DNA of 64,000 bases from positions 4,154,001 to 4,218,000 of the forward strand of contig OX597838.1 in the NCBI GenBank assembly GCA_951406725.2, given 5' to 3'. Shown here piece after piece: positions 1 through 14,100 of this stretch (its first letter is position 1; each line of letters opens with the position of its first letter). Below the pieces are notes generated by a model. It searched no databases. It was not told the DNA's origin and saw only the letters and a program-made list of their open reading frames with translations. The translations under genes were made by a program, and so were the position numbers. Source of the stretch: Octopus vulgaris (lineage: Eukaryota).

Positions 1-130
1 CCATGTAGGTGGGAAGACTGCCCCACCTATCTTTCTTTGATGCTTTGTCTTAAGCTTAATTGCTCGTAACTTCTTTAATGAATTATCAGTCATTAGACTG
101 CAGCCATATACGGGCACTGCCTTAAATAGA

Positions 131-245
131 TGCTTACAACACCTAGGTTTCCAAAGCAGTCACCCATCCAAGTACTAACTAGGCTCAACATTAACTTTAG
201 CAATCAGATGAGAACTGGTGCTTTCAGCATGAAATAGTCCTAAGC
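131..245 (-). pseudogene. 5S rRNA pseudogene (single dispersed, degenerate copy)
   Basis: The reverse complement GCTTAGGACTATTTCATGCTGAAAGCACCAGTTCTCATCTGATTGCTAAAGTTAA...GAGCCTAGTTAGTACTTGGATGGGTGACTGCTTTGGAAACCTAGGTGTTGTAAGCA follows the metazoan 5S layout end to end, including box C GTACTTGGATGGGTGAC and complementary ends GCTTA/TAAGC. CpGs have decayed to TG/CA and a few nt are deleted after AAGTTAA. Confidence 0.88.
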
Positions 246-268
246 AGAGCAGGACAACTACAGCCTTG

Positions 269-483
269 AACCCTTCTGATACCAAACCGCACGAAGCCAC
301 CTCTGGCTCTGTAGTACAAATGTCTTGTTTTCAAAAGTTTTGAATAAAAATCTTCCACCAAACCTTAGTCACGATTTATGTTCCTAACATTAGCTTAGTT
401 ATTTTACTAAACTCTGTTATATTTAAAATTAATTGAAAGAAACTCAGAGCATCTCAAGAGAAATATAGTAACAAAAGGGTTAA
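269..483. mobile_element. Short MITE with CCC...GGG termini and TTAA-type flank (piggyBac-like), degenerate
   Basis: Begins TGAACCCTTCTGATACCA and ends TAGTAACAAAAGGGTTAA, which are imperfect TIRs. Ends approximate. Confidence 0.55.
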
Positions 484-3400
484 ACCCAAATTTCAACAGG
501 TTAGGATCCTAAAAATAGTCTAGAAATTTATTTATAGAAATTTATTTATTTGCATTGGTAGACATGTATGCGGTAGATTTTCAATCAATATAAGAAATAT
601 ATCGTTAATTCTAATTACAGATAGTGAAGCCAGAGTCAATGGTACCATAAAACTTCAGAATGAAGGATTTTGTATATCAAACCGACAGTCCTGTACGATC
701 ATGAATGAATTTGGTGGGCAAAAACTGGAAGAAGCATGGATGAATCTATATTACCACCGCTTGACAACCAGTGTTGGTTTATTTATGTTCCCAAAATTTA
801 GAGGGTTAATAGAATAAGCATCAGGTTTTAAAAGAAAAGTACAGGGGTTAAATTCTTTGACTAAACCCTTTGAAGCAGTGCCTTAGCCGAAGCCTAAAGA
901 ATGAAACAAGGTAAAAGATATACTTTAGAGGAGACAAGGCAAATGTTGCTGAGTAAAGTAAAACTTTCTAAAAAACATTCTAAAGGCAACTCTGTGAAAC
1001 TCTGTGATAATGTCAATTTAGTGGGGTACACTGAGTACACAATGGTAGAGGCAAAGCTGACAAGAGACAATTGCTAAAGGAAAGAAGCAGTCTGAATAGT
1101 TGCTACATAAAAGAGCAGCAGTAAGAGAATCACTGCCACCAGCCTACCTAAATTGGAATGCCAGCCATACAGGTTGGTGAAACATGAGTAAGCACTCAAA
1201 GAAAACAAGACAGGTAAGTCAAGGCAGTAAAGGATTACTTGTAGAAGATACCAGATAATCAAATGAAATGAAAAAAAAAACCAGAAAAAGCTTTCAGTTA
1301 TTGATTATTTTCGAATTAACCAATACAACAGTTAAAATTAGAAGTTAACCAAAACAGCATGCTTGCAATGAAAGCTGATGGGAGAGAAACCGAGGAAAGA
1401 CTAGACAAGAGAAAGGTCAAGGTTTATCACAATGACTAACAGTATTTTAACCAAGATTAGTACTTTTTGTATACCTAAGCCTACGGTTTCCATTGAAGGA
1501 ATTTAGCTGCTCTATCTAGCGAGTCGATTATAGAAAGATTGGCAAGAGATGATGGTAGTAGTTGAGATTCCTATATCACAGGAGGATTGTAAATGTTAAA
1601 GAAACTGATATACAACAGAATGCATTATCAGTTCACTAAATTTAGGACCCAAAGAACAGGATTCCATATGCAAGATATTGAGAGGACTGACTGCATTCCA
1701 TTATCATGCTGTCCTTCAATGTCAACCCTTAAACTTAGAAAATGTATACACCCATGAGGACTTTTATCTGATTTCATTGTAGACTTCAAAACTAAGAGAT
1801 TATGGAGGAAACCTGTACGAAACTAATAATAGTAACATTTTTTTACAGACCAACTTCATAAAAGCACAGTTAAGTATGTAGGTAATACAACTCTGATAGG
1901 TACATAAAGTACATTGGTATTAAGTGTACTGGACAGCTGATATTAAGAGCAGCTTAAGACCAAAGGTTACGGCAGGCATAGTTTGTAGCAACAAACCAAT
2001 TCTATTACCTAATTTGATTCAGTGCTGGGATTAATGCCAACGATAACGAAGTTTGAAACAAGTCTTGAGAATACAAGACTTACTATGATGATCAAAAGTT
2101 TAATAAACAATACAATTTATTGGATATTTAATGTGTACATGAAAAAGATTGGATTAAAGCTATTTATCCATGAAGAATGTTGAGGGGAGGGAAAAGAGAA
2201 AGAAATGGAACCGTTTTGACATACAAGATCATGATTTGAAGAAAAGCATAACCAGGAAGGTCTGTAAACTAACATGGTATTGATTGCTTGGTAGCGAGCA
2301 TGCAACTTAGACAATTCTATAATACAATGGATGCCCACAAGTAAAAATCTAATTACACCAAATAACAGATAGATTGGATCGTTTATCAGAATGAGATTTT
2401 CATGGAAGACAATATTTGCAATAAAGCTTTTACACAAATGTATATTTGACCTTCAAAATATTTATTTGTTTTTTTGGGGGGTTTTTTTAATGAAATCTTA
2501 TACTTTTAAATCAGAAAACTTAAGACTGCTAAACAGGCTTTCTATTTTAAGGAAACAGTTCAGCCTTGATTAACTGCTGATCAACTCTCATTTAAAGCCC
2601 ACTTTTCCATGTTTGCATGGGTTGGACAGAGTTTATTTGATGTATATTTTCTATGGCCGAATTCCTTCCTGTCATCAACCTTTACCCATTTCCAAGCAAA
2701 GTAATATATTCCCCGCTGGACAGAGGTTCTTGTAGAAATGACACTGCTTGTATGAGTGACACTCATTTACACCTAATTAGGTGTCAAGACAAGGAGATAC
2801 AAACACAAACCCACAGGCTTTTTTTTCAGTTTCCACCAATCAAATCCACTCACAAGGCTTTGGTCAGCCCAGTGCTATAGTAGAAGAGACTTGCCCAACA
2901 TGCCACACATTCCCTATAATTGAGCACAGTTCTAATAAAAAAAAAAAAAATCAATAATCTCACATCAACACTACATTCTTAAATCATACCTTATCTTTAG
3001 AGAAAAAAAAATCAGGTTTCATAATATAATCCTAAACACACAAAGACAATATGGTTATGACCAGAATGGCTTTGATTGCAAGGTCAACTCAATCAGGACT
3101 GATTTAAGCAAAACACTTCTTTGCACTCAAAACCTTTTAATCTTGGACCACTTCCACAGTTACAGTCAAACTAACCTGGTTAACCATTATTCCCCTCTTT
3201 TTTTTAGTATCCATCAACCCCACTCCTTAAAAATAAAGAAACAATGTTTTAAACATTATTCCAAGAACAACCATCCTGTGGTGCTTCTTGCCATGTATTT
3301 CCATGCAATATTAAATTCCAGTTTTTTCAAACACATGAGATTAATCTTAATCTTAGTTTAAGTAATTTCCGAAAGCTCCCATAGGCCCTAATTCTTCTTC

Positions 3401-3587
3401 CTATTCAGACCGACCTATCCTTTAAAACTGATAACACCAGCAATAATTATCATCTACCCACAACTAATACAACAATAAGATGAAGATATCTTCACAATTT
3501 GTAGCAACGAAAAGGAATGAGTCATTGTGTAGTAAGAGAATCTGTGCTGCTTTCGTAACTTCACCCATCAAATGTCACATTTTCTTT

Positions 3588-3800
3588 TTAGCCCTTTAGC
3601 ATTTAAACCGGCACATCCGGCCCAAATATGCCTCCTGTTTTTGTTCAAATTGGCCAGAGAAAGTCTCTCACACCTATCCTATAACATCATTCTAAATATA
3701 GACAATAGCATCATCAAAATCTCAAATCTATGAGATAACACATAATTATGAGCAAATAAGCTTTACATTTGTCAGAGTAATTTGAATACTAAAGGGTTAA
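3588..3800. mobile_element. piggyBac-like non-autonomous MITE (~210 bp family, TTAACCCTTTAGCATT TIR)
   Basis: TTAGCCCTTTAGCATTT ... AATACTAAAGGGTTAA. The same internal sequence recurs at about 5028-5254, 5255-5435, 6972-7150, 7452-7633, 9673-9865 and 31587-31797. Confidence 0.7.
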
Positions 3801-5027
3801 ACAACTTCTCCAATTCTCCGTTTTGCAGATTTTGAAAATACTAAGAAGAAATGAGCCTCCATGTGAGCTAACAAAAACGGTTCTCTCTATCCAGTCACTT
3901 GTCCCGCAAGAATACCGAAATCTCTCAAACTACACTTGACAGTCTATAAAAATAAAAAGGACATGGGGAAGGGGAACAAATACGGTTCTAGGAATTGTAA
4001 GTCTGAAAGGAGAACAAGTGGTCATAGCATTAAGTCTGATTAATTTGTATGGATCAAACCCAACTAAAGTACATCAGCCCATCCATAACTACAAGCTCCT
4101 TAACCCAGTCTTTTTTTTTTAATGATTTAATCAGAAGGGAGGAATTTATCCCCCAGACCAGAAACTTAAAGAGGATTCCACCAAAGAAATCCAAGGACCA
4201 GATGAAAGTGTTAAAATGGCCAACAGGTTAACCCTATCACCCAAGAACTGGAACAACCCTCTTTAACAAGCTTCAACACAGTTACCACTGGGATTGATTC
4301 CAAAATCACATAACTGTCAGTTCCAAATGTCTACAGAAATACTGCAGCAGATTCCAGGAGTGGAAGCCAGAGTGTTGAAGCTTTGAAGATAAAGGTGCTT
4401 TATCAATTAAACAAGACACTAATCCAGACAAATTATCAACAAGATTTATATATTTTCAGATTTAAATCCAATTAGCTGCTGAATATTTTTCATATTAATT
4501 TATAGATGGTTAAACTTGGTGTTATAACCTTGCCAGTTATTAAACTAATCTCTTCTCATATTCCTCCTCACACAGGACCAGAAGTTCATTGCTAACAACA
4601 ATATCCACCAGATGTAAACTGGAATAAAACCAGTGTTAAGAAGTTTTAAATTAGACTATCTGCAAAAATAGTAAAATCAATTCAGGAAGACAGCAATTAC
4701 AAAGCCTGACAATGTTAAGAAAATCTATCACCACAGAAGAGGCATGAATAACCTTTTCCAAGAAGTGGGTTGCATGAGGCATGGCTCATTTTCAGGCGGA
4801 CAATATTACTAAAAATATTCAAGGTAATTTTTGTAAGGTGTGCCAATCAGAAAGTTTCATGAGTCACAGGGTGTCCACGATAGATAGAGAAGTAGGAAAA
4901 ACATGTCATGAGATAAGACAATATTAATGATTCCAAACAAAAGAATTCTGCCCAGAAACATGATTGTTTCTTCACTTTTTAAACATAACACACTCAACCT
5001 GCATGAAATAAAATCTCATGGGATATT

Positions 5028-5435
5028 TTAACCCTTGAACTCCTTAGCATTCAGATTACTCTGTCAAATGTAACATTTATTTGCATTGTTTTGAATTAAT
5101 CATACATTTTCTCATAGCTTCAAGATTTCAACAATGTGATTGTATATTTCTAGAATGACATGGTCAAGTAGGTGTGAGAGGCTGGATCTGGCCAGTTTGA
5201 AATGATAACAGAATATTTGGGTCTGATATGGCCAGCTTAAATGCTAATGGGTTAAGCATTTAAACCATATCCAACCCTAATGTTTCAGTGGTTATATGTT
5301 CAAACCAGCCCAATCTGACCTCTCCCACCTACCCTACAATCTGTTTCTAACAATGAAGTCACATCATCAAAATCTTAAACCATGTGAATAAAGCAGCAAA
5401 GTATTTGACACAGTAATCTGAATACAAAAGGGTTA
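5028..5435. mobile_element. Two abutting copies of the TTAA MITE in opposite orientation
   Basis: The first copy ends AATGCTAATGGGTTAA at about 5254. A reverse-oriented copy follows immediately and ends AATACAAAAGGGTTAA at about 5435. Confidence 0.65.
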
Positions 5436-5653
5436 ATCCTTAATACACTAAAATAAAAGACCAGATGAAGAAAGAGAGAGCTGGAGCACGTGTTCCAAGG
5501 TTTGTTAATTTGGGGCTGACTAGGCTTAAACATCTACAACCACCAGAAAATGAGATTTCAATCCATTCTGACAACCATCTGAATTACCTACTCATTGAAT
5601 CAGCATGTAAGTGGCAGAGTATTCCACAGACATCTGTTTGAATTATTAACATA

Positions 5654-6008
5654 GACGCAGACATGGGTATGTGGTGAGAAGCTTGCTTCCCAACCACATG
5701 GTTCTGGATTCAGTCCCACTGCAAGACATCTAGAACAAGTGCCTTCTATGACAGCCTCAGGTTGACCAAAGCTAGAAGGAAAATGAAAGAAGCCTGTGTA
5801 TATTTATGTGTTTGCTCCCTTATTATCACTTGACAACCAGTGTTGATGTCTTTGCATCCCCATAATTTACTGGGTCGGCAAAAGAGACCAACAGAATAAG
5901 TACCAGGCTTTAAAAAGTAAGCACAGGGGCCAATCCATTTGGCTATAAATTCTTCAAGGCAGTGCCCTAGCATGGCCACAGTCTAATGACTGAAATAAGT
6001 AAAAGATA
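5654..6008 (+). mobile_element. tRNA-derived SINE, family A (octopus OR/OK-type)
   Basis: tRNA-like head (A-box-like GTGTGGT, B-box-like GGATTCAGTCCC), internal TG/TA tract, and tail ...GCATGGCCACAGTCTAATGACTGAAATAAGTAAAAGA. More than 15 related copies in the window. Confidence 0.75.
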
Positions 6009-9000
6009 ATCAGGATGAATCAATGTACTATTGTATGACAGTGATACACTGAATTACAGGTACAGTCCATTTGATAGGCTTCCTTATAGTTTCCATCAAC
6101 CCAAGGCAAGAGACTCTCACTCAAGATAGCCTGCAATGGGATCAAACTTCAGACTTTGTGATTGCAAAGCAGACTTCTTCCCTATTTGGCCATGCTACAC
6201 TATTAATCAATCACTTCAAATTCTAATATTTAATAACACATTACTCATAACCTAAATGAGAGAATTTGTTGAACAACTTTTTCCAACAATGAACTTTATT
6301 ATGTTGCCCACTGCTCCTACCCTATTTTTTTTTAAATAGAAAATTTAAACAATTATTTTATTTTCTCTCAATAGTCAACACCCATCCTGCCATGACGGAC
6401 AGAAAATACAGATAAAACAGTCAAAAACCAAAAACATTTTCAATAATTACAAAGAAAATGTTATCTAAATATTAGAATTGTTTAATCACAAGTCAACCTT
6501 GACTGAACAGCTCTATGGTCAAATATGTTTAGACATCATACATCCTGTCTTGTACATCTAGGACTTCATTTGGCCAATATGTTGTCCCATGTTTTAAAAC
6601 ACAAGGGAGTGATTTGGCTGCTATTTCAAGCATAGCAGCCAAATCACTCCCAGACAGTTTTCTTGTTGGCTTGATAATATAATTGTCATTTAGCAACTTT
6701 TATCAAACTTAGTAGAGAAGATTCGTGATCAAAGCCACTACAAGTGTGACCATCCCATCTGGCTTTCCCTATGTGCTGTGAACTCAGGACTATATATTCA
6801 ATGTGCTTTTTGTCTTTTGTTTCTTCTTGGAGGGGGTATTTTTTTTTAAAGATGGTAGGATGTGATTTGAGGGAAATCTAGCAGTTCTTTCTAATAGAGG
6901 TTCCATTGTTCATCAAAAGTCCTATTTGTTCTGATAAAATTACACCAAATACCTATTAGTGCCCTCATCCATTAACACTCAGATTACTGTCAAATGTAAA
7001 GCTTATCTCTTCCCATTGTTTTGAACTAATCATATATTATCTCTTCGCTTCAAAATTTCGATATGATTGTTTTAGAATGACATTGTAAAGTAGGTGTGAG
7101 AGGCTGGATCTGACTGGTTTGAACATAAAACAAGACAGAATATTTGGGCCTGAAACATTTTTGCCAATCCCAACAGCCTTCCACAATAATTAGTACTGTC
7201 TGTCAGTCTGGCTCCCTTTAAACCCTATAAGTTGTCTTTTAAGACTCCCAGCGAACTGCAATCAAAGCGGACAAGTAACCCGAAGTGGTACAGTTGTGGA
7301 TTAAGCAAAACTAACGAAAGCAACCGTTTTCAAAACCTGACATCATCAAGCAGAAAGCACTTCTCAGGCATATGATTCAGGAAGTCCCACAGACCACAGT
7401 TTGTCCTTAACTTAACTAAGAGAATTCCAGTTGCCCTTTCCCCGCCCCCTGCTCTTTAGCACTTAAACTAGCCATATCCAACCAAAATACTCGACTTGTT
7501 TTATGTTCAAATTGGCCAGATCTGGCCTTTTATGCATACCCTACAATGTCAGTCTAAAAATAACCAATCGCATCATTGAAATCTCAAAGCAAAGCATTAC
7601 ATTTGATAGAATAATGTGAATGCTAAAGGGTTAGAGCTTGATTTAATAGCCAACCAAAGAACTATATCTAGCAGCAAATCAAAATGCTAGACATAACAGT
7701 TACAGCTATTTCAAACCACACCCATGGCCCTATGATTTTACATGTACAATTCAGAACTTATTTTTGAGCACACTTCTTACCATACTCTTGGTTTACAGAA
7801 GATTATAATTACGTTGGCCTTCGTTAATCAGATACTATCATAAGTTTCTATTTCATTTGACAGTGTTTGAAATCAGAGCAGCAGATGCTTGTACAAAGTT
7901 CACAGATGAACCAATGAGGAAGATTCTAGAAATAGCAGACCTGCTCCCTTCAAAACATCTTAAAAAAGAAGAACAAGATAAATAGGACCCTAGCTACAAC
8001 GATTCGGGGAGAATAAAGATTATATGGTCAGAGTTGGAACACATAGTTCTGCTCAATCAAGATTGATCAGAGGTTAAAATAAATCAAAGTTTATTGATAA
8101 CAATGAACAGGACATTTTTTTTTTTTTCAAATCAAACATGTTACCTTTCTGGTTTTACACATTAGCTGAAATACATTTATACTAACTTTAAAGGCCCTTA
8201 AATGGAACATCTTTATTTTAAAGTGGAAACCAGCTTTAACAATCAAAATGTGAAATTAAAAACCAATTTTTTTAATGAAACCATTCGGTAGATCATTTAT
8301 CAGTTAATGAATGCCATACTCTGCTAATTGTTGTCGGGAAACAGAAACTGCAAGGACGAACACATTAAACAGAATATACATCATAGGTCTTTTTAGATCA
8401 GGAAAGAGAAATGTTTTAATACATGGGGTCTGTTTAACCTTCACAGACTCTCCACATGGTGACATGATCTGCGAGAAAAACAGCCAACTCAGACGTAATT
8501 ATCTTACAGAAGACACAAGGTCATCTTAGATAACATGAGAATGTAGAAGAGATTAGATTGGCTTTTGGTCATAGGTCAAGGGTTGAACTGAAGTTAAACA
8601 ACTGCCCCTCACCCCATGGCAGTTCTGTTCAAGTCATTAAAAACCTAGAGCAAGTTATTAACTCTGTCAGACAGAGAAATGGATCCAAAAGGATTTTATC
8701 ACCTAATTATATACAAACACCATTATGAAACAAGAGACGACCAAAGAAGGTTTGTAATTGCTATGTTCTAAGTGAACCCTTTGTCACACACACACACACA
8801 CAATGTAATCAAAATCGTTCCAGCCATGACCATCCTGTCTTTTGCATTCCCTGACAGTGTATCTAGAAGGAGGTGGGATCTTTCCTCGTAAACACAATAC
8901 GATGCAAGTTGTGGGAAATTCAGCTATTTCTAGCACAAAGATTAATTATTCCTTTAAGAGGTCAGACTGGTTGCTCTTTCATTTGGGCTGAGCAACTAAG

Positions 9001-9406
9001 AGACTCCTTTACTGGAATGCTTTAGTGGCCAAACTACTTATTGCCAAGATGCTGTACCACACTCACCAGACACTGCATTGTGCAAATAGTTTTATATCCA
9101 GATTAAAACAAGCAGCAGCAGAAGATAAACCACAGTTATGCAATTCAAGTGATGCATGTATTATCAAGAATGGTAGAATAAGCTACATAATTCAATCAGT
9201 AATCTACATTCATTCTTCACTCACTTGATAGTGTTAGTGTTAAGAGATTAGATACTTTTACAAGACCGGCAAAGAAAAGCACTTACATGGTCACTTGACC
9301 TGCTACAAATAGCCAAATCTCTCACAAAATCACTCCCATGGGAAGAGGGGTTTAACATTAATATATATGCATGTACATATATGTGAATCTACAGGTATCA
9401 ATATTC

Positions 9407-9660
9407 ATCATCACCATTGTTTAATGTCCGTTTTCCATGTTGGCATGGGCTGGATGGTTCGACTGAGTCTGGGAAGCCAGAAGGATGCCCCAGGCTCTAG
9501 TCTGATCTGGCAATGTTTCTACAGGTGGATGCCCTTCCTAATGCCAACCACTCCAAGAGTGTAGTGGGTGCTGTTTTACATGCCACCGGCACAGGTGCCA
9601 GGCATCAATCACGATCGGATGGAGCTTTTTACATGCCACTGGCACGATATAAGGCACAGG
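9407..9660 (-). mobile_element. SINE family B with (ATG)n tail
   Basis: CATCAT...TTTAAYGTCCGTTTTCCATG...GGATGCCCTTCCTAAYGCCAACCAC motif. Other copies at about 10997-11154, 32145-32337, 35836-35957, 40110-40250, 58327-58520 and, in the opposite orientation, 24180-24360. Confidence 0.7.
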
Positions 9661-9672
9661 TGTGACCATGTA

Positions 9673-9865
9673 TTAACCCTTTAGCATTCAGATTACTGTC
9701 AAATGCAATGCTTATTTCCTTTGTCTCACAGCTTTGAGATTTCAATGATGTGACTATTTGTAGAATGACATTGTAGGGGAAGTACGAGAGGTCAGATCTG
9801 GCCCGTTTGAACATAAAACACAATATTTTGGTTGGATACAACTGGTTCAAGTCCTCATAGGTTAA
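9673..9865. mobile_element. TTAA MITE copy
   Basis: TTAACCCTTTAGCATTCAGATTAC ... GGTTAA, same family as 3588-3800. Confidence 0.7.
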
Positions 9866-10524
9866 AGAAGCTCACTTAGCAACTACATGGTTTTAGGTTC
9901 AATCCCACTGTGCAACACCCTGGGGCATCTTCTACAACAGACCCAGGAGGACCAATGCCTTGTGAGTGAAGCTGGTAGATGGAAACTTTGCAGAAGCCTG
10001 CCATATATCATTGATTTCATTTAAAATCTAGTTCATCATTTAACGTTGACTTTCTTTCCAGGCTATTTTGGCTTAGATGGGAGGAATCTGTAAGCAGGAT
10101 TTTTACTGCCAAATGCACTTTTTGTCAACTCTAACCTTTTTTTCAAGTAAAACATTTCAAAAGCATTCAAAACCACAGAGCTAGCAGATAATTTGTCAAC
10201 AACCAATTGCAACCAATGAGATCAACATCCATAGATTTGTAGTTTTGTAAATATTTACAGACAAATGTATATACATATGTACACACATACACGGCAAACT
10301 TCTTTGTTTCATTTAACCAAATTCACTCATAAGAGATATTGCCCAGAGCTATGGGAAGCACTTGTCCAAGGTGCCATGCAGCAAGGCTGAACCCAAAGCT
10401 ATACAGTTGAAAAGCAAACTTTTTAACCACACAGCTGTGTGTGTCTCACCACTTGAGGACCGGTGTTGGTTTTCTTACATCCCCATTAAAAGTTTGGCAA
10501 AAAGAAACAATCCTCACATATAAA

Positions 10525-10729
10525 TACTAAGGCGTACTGAGAAGTTCTTGGCTTTGGGTAAAAGAAAATACAGAAAAATCAGTTAATTAGGATTTTATTC
10601 AACATCACAGATTCACACAGTGGTCCTTCAGTTTTTCAAAACCCTGTAAAAAAAACTTGGAAAGTTGAGCCTCCAGCCAGGCCTTTCGCAATACCCTTAA
10701 AGTCAGGAACTCTTCAGCACTCTCTTATA
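10525..10729. mobile_element. Tc1/mariner-type MITE
   Basis: Imperfect ~30 bp TIRs (TACTAAGGCGTACTGAGAAGTTCTTGGCTTT versus the reverse complement TATAAGAGAGTGCTGAAGAGTTCCTGACTTT), bounded by TA dinucleotides. Confidence 0.65.
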
Positions 10730-10996
10730 CATAATCCTACTGTTTTCTATATATGACTAAATTGTCAGAACTGTCTAATCCAAACCGGCAATGGGAAAAT
10801 AAAAGTTGAATGATGACGATGACTGTCCAGTGTGCCCTTAAATTAAGGTGGCAGGGTTTATGTTATTTCTAAGAGTGCAATATTTGATGAAAGGAAAAGC
10901 TGACAGTATTTCAGTTACATATATCAGATATACTTACATAAGCCCCAACATACTGATACGATTGAAAGGTCAAAAGGCTTCTCAAAAGACATTTAT

Positions 10997-11154
10997 TATC
11001 ATCATCATCGTTTAACGTCCGTTTTCCACACTAGCATGGGTTGGACGGTTCGACCAGGGTCTGGGAAGCCAGGGGCTGCACCAGGCTCCAGTCTGATCTG
11101 GCAGTGTTTCTACAGCTGGATGCCCTTCCTAACGCCAACCACTCTGCGAGTGTA
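10997..11154 (-). mobile_element. SINE family B copy (little diverged)
   Basis: CATCATCATCGTTTAACGTCCGTTTTCC...GGATGCCCTTCCTAACGCCAACCACT, with CpGs retained. Confidence 0.7.
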
Positions 11155-14100
11155 GAATCAAAATTAATATGGAAACTATATCAGTAACCAAGATCAACTT
11201 TAACTTTACAAATTAGGAAATAAATTGAGCAAACTGCCCTATCTACCTCTAACTTCCATTGTAGGAAAACCAAAGCAATAAAAATATCTTTCAAATTCCC
11301 TAATTAATCATAATTGTTTTTCGAACCTCCTGGGACAATCAGATTTCTGTAAAGACAAATCCCCCTCCAGTGCCTGCAACTATATTGTTTAGATCTGGGT
11401 TGACTGAGCACAACTATAAATTAAGATATTGCAATCCTGACCATCTTGTCTTTAATCTTTGGGGGGGGGGGGGGCATAAATAGGCCTACATATTTAATAG
11501 GTCTTCTTATTTGAGAGAAGTGTGACTTGACTGCTATTTCCAGCAGGTTGAATGACCAGAGGCCATTGGTAGACTTTGGGGCAGCTGTTCTCAACTGTGG
11601 ATCTCAGAGCCACAGGGAGCCCTCAAGCATCCTTCTTGTAGTCCCTCAACAATTTTTTCTCTATAAATTTTTCTTTGATTTGTGTTTTACTTTTGTTTTG
11701 GTGCAGCCCCCTAAAAAAATCCAGATTTTGGATCTGGCCCTGATATCAAAAAAGGTTTAGGGTCTTTTGAAACTGTGAAGCCAAGAACTGGTCAACCAAA
11801 TTACCCAGTGCCAGTTTAGGTAAGATGGCAATTCACAAGAAATGAGTCAGCACAATTATGACTGCTGACCCAAAGCACCATTTAAATCTTGACAGCTGGA
11901 CAAACAACCCAGCAGAGATAATGAGGAAAGCATTCAGTTCAAGGTTGAGTAGAGGTGGTGTTGTAAGTGCATCCAGTTGTAAAATACCTGCAAGTCAGAC
12001 TTGGCAAAAATTGGCTCAATCATCCAACCCAGGGTGGTAGCAGCAACAACAAAAAAATACAAAAGAAAACATGGAAATCAATAAACAAGATACTGGTGTC
12101 TAATGCAGTATAAACTGCAAATATAACTTTAAACAGAACACTCCTAACACAGGAGAGAGGGGAGGGGGGCAGGTAGGTGAAAGTTCTGGAAACAGAACTG
12201 ATTCTTTGACCAAAAGAGAGCAATTGTCATTTATTTCACTTTCTTCTAGTTTAGTCCTGCCTATAAATAGAAGCTGATTAAAATCATTAAGAAAGCTCTC
12301 TAAATAAATGCCTCCAAACACCAAACTGGTAGACGAACGAAAAATGTCCGTAAACTACTGGATACTTAACAGAACAAAAGACACGAGAAGCTGGTGGGCG
12401 ATTACTGCACTACAAACAAACTGGCTGAATTCCAGGTAGTTTTTTTGTTTTTTTTTTTTTATCAAGAACATTGACAAACTTCGAAACTACATAGCTTAAA
12501 CGTTTTTAAAAATCACACACACACAACCAACCACACACGTATATATTGTTCATTAGATACAGATTCATTTGTAAAACATATTTAAGATGTAACTTAAAAG
12601 GCTATTTTAAAACAACGAATAATAAGAGCTCAGTCAGACAGGTGTGGAAAACCAAAGCAACAAAGGTGATCTATACTGCAAAACAAAGTTCATTGAACCG
12701 CCCAAGATACGTAACAAAAGTGGAGGGGGAGGTTTTGTTTTCAATTTCTTTTACAGTAACACCAAAATAGCTTAAAACACAATCTTCTTAGTCATATTTT
12801 TACATGTTATATACCAGAATGGTTCGCTGGATCACTAAAAAAAAAAAAAACTATCCCGGTCAGTTTTCTTGGATAACCTTAGTGAGGTTTTTGAAGAGAG
12901 AGGGAAGGGCATTAAAATTCCAAGCCCGCCAAATTCCCTAAAATGAAAGTATTTAAATGGTTGCAATGCTCTTTGCAAGTATCGAAAGATAAAAAAGAAA
13001 AAGTTTTCTCAGAACTATTTCTACATCAAACTTTAAGGTGCCCGACCATACCATCTTAATAATTTCCCCCAGATTTGCAGCTCTGGCCCATCAAGAACAA
13101 GCCATTGGTCTTTCAACCCAACAACACCAATCTAGACATTATGTATCGCTTACATCGATTGATTGTTTTTCAAGCTTAAACCTAATTCGGCTTTGGCTGT
13201 TGTTTCTGACAGGTCGAACGATCATGTATACAGTGAGATATAGAGACCCCTCCCCCGCTTCAATAGCCAAGTATTGCTTCAATGAACTTAACAGAACATA
13301 CCGGTCTTGCTTTATTTAATTCACACCTTTTGTACCTATTGAGAAATCCAGACAACCATATCATACACATTACACACACACACACACATATATATATATA
13401 TTATATACATGCTGTCTGTATAAAACCACAATATACGGTTATTCCCCAATACGTTTCTGTACAAAGCGAAATTTAACCTTTCGTGATGCAAATGGATGGG
13501 AAGAAGGAAAGAGGAAGTGGAAAGTATTATTTCAATTAGCTTTAAAGCAATGTTTTTCTAAACTGACAATTGCTATGTGGAGAGAAAAGCCGAAGCAGGC
13601 AATTGATGAATCTAAGCATTACCAATAGTATATTAATAATAGCAATCAATACAATACTTGGCAGGGACGGAGCCAACCACTGGGAACTTCAGAGACTTTT
13701 CCACCAGGTTTAAAGTTTTATTTCGTTATAAAAAAACCAACAACAAGGCGCAGGCGGGAATGTGTGCTAAGTTTCCCTCCCTGCCACATGGTTTCAGGTT
13801 CAATCCCACTGCATGGCGCTTTGGACAATTACCTGCTACTATAGCTCCGAGTTGGTCAAAGCTTTGAACGGATTTAGAAGACAGGAACAGAGTAGCCCGT
13901 CGAGAGGGAGAGAGTGTGTGTGTGTGTGTTGTACTTGTAACTTAGCGGTTCGGCAAAAGAGACTCACAGAATAATGTGACCAGACTTTAAAAGGTCTAAA
14001 CCTTTCAAGGTGGTGCCCCAGCATGGCTGTGATCAAATGGCGAACATGATAAAAAATAAAAAAACGTATAACGAAGACAAACAAGCTCACGAGAAAGATA

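Noticed and set aside
10676-10720. Minus-strand CUGAAGA...GAAAGGCCUG hammerhead-like string
   Set aside because: Lies in a mariner MITE TIR, has no convincing stem II, and has G at the cleavage position.
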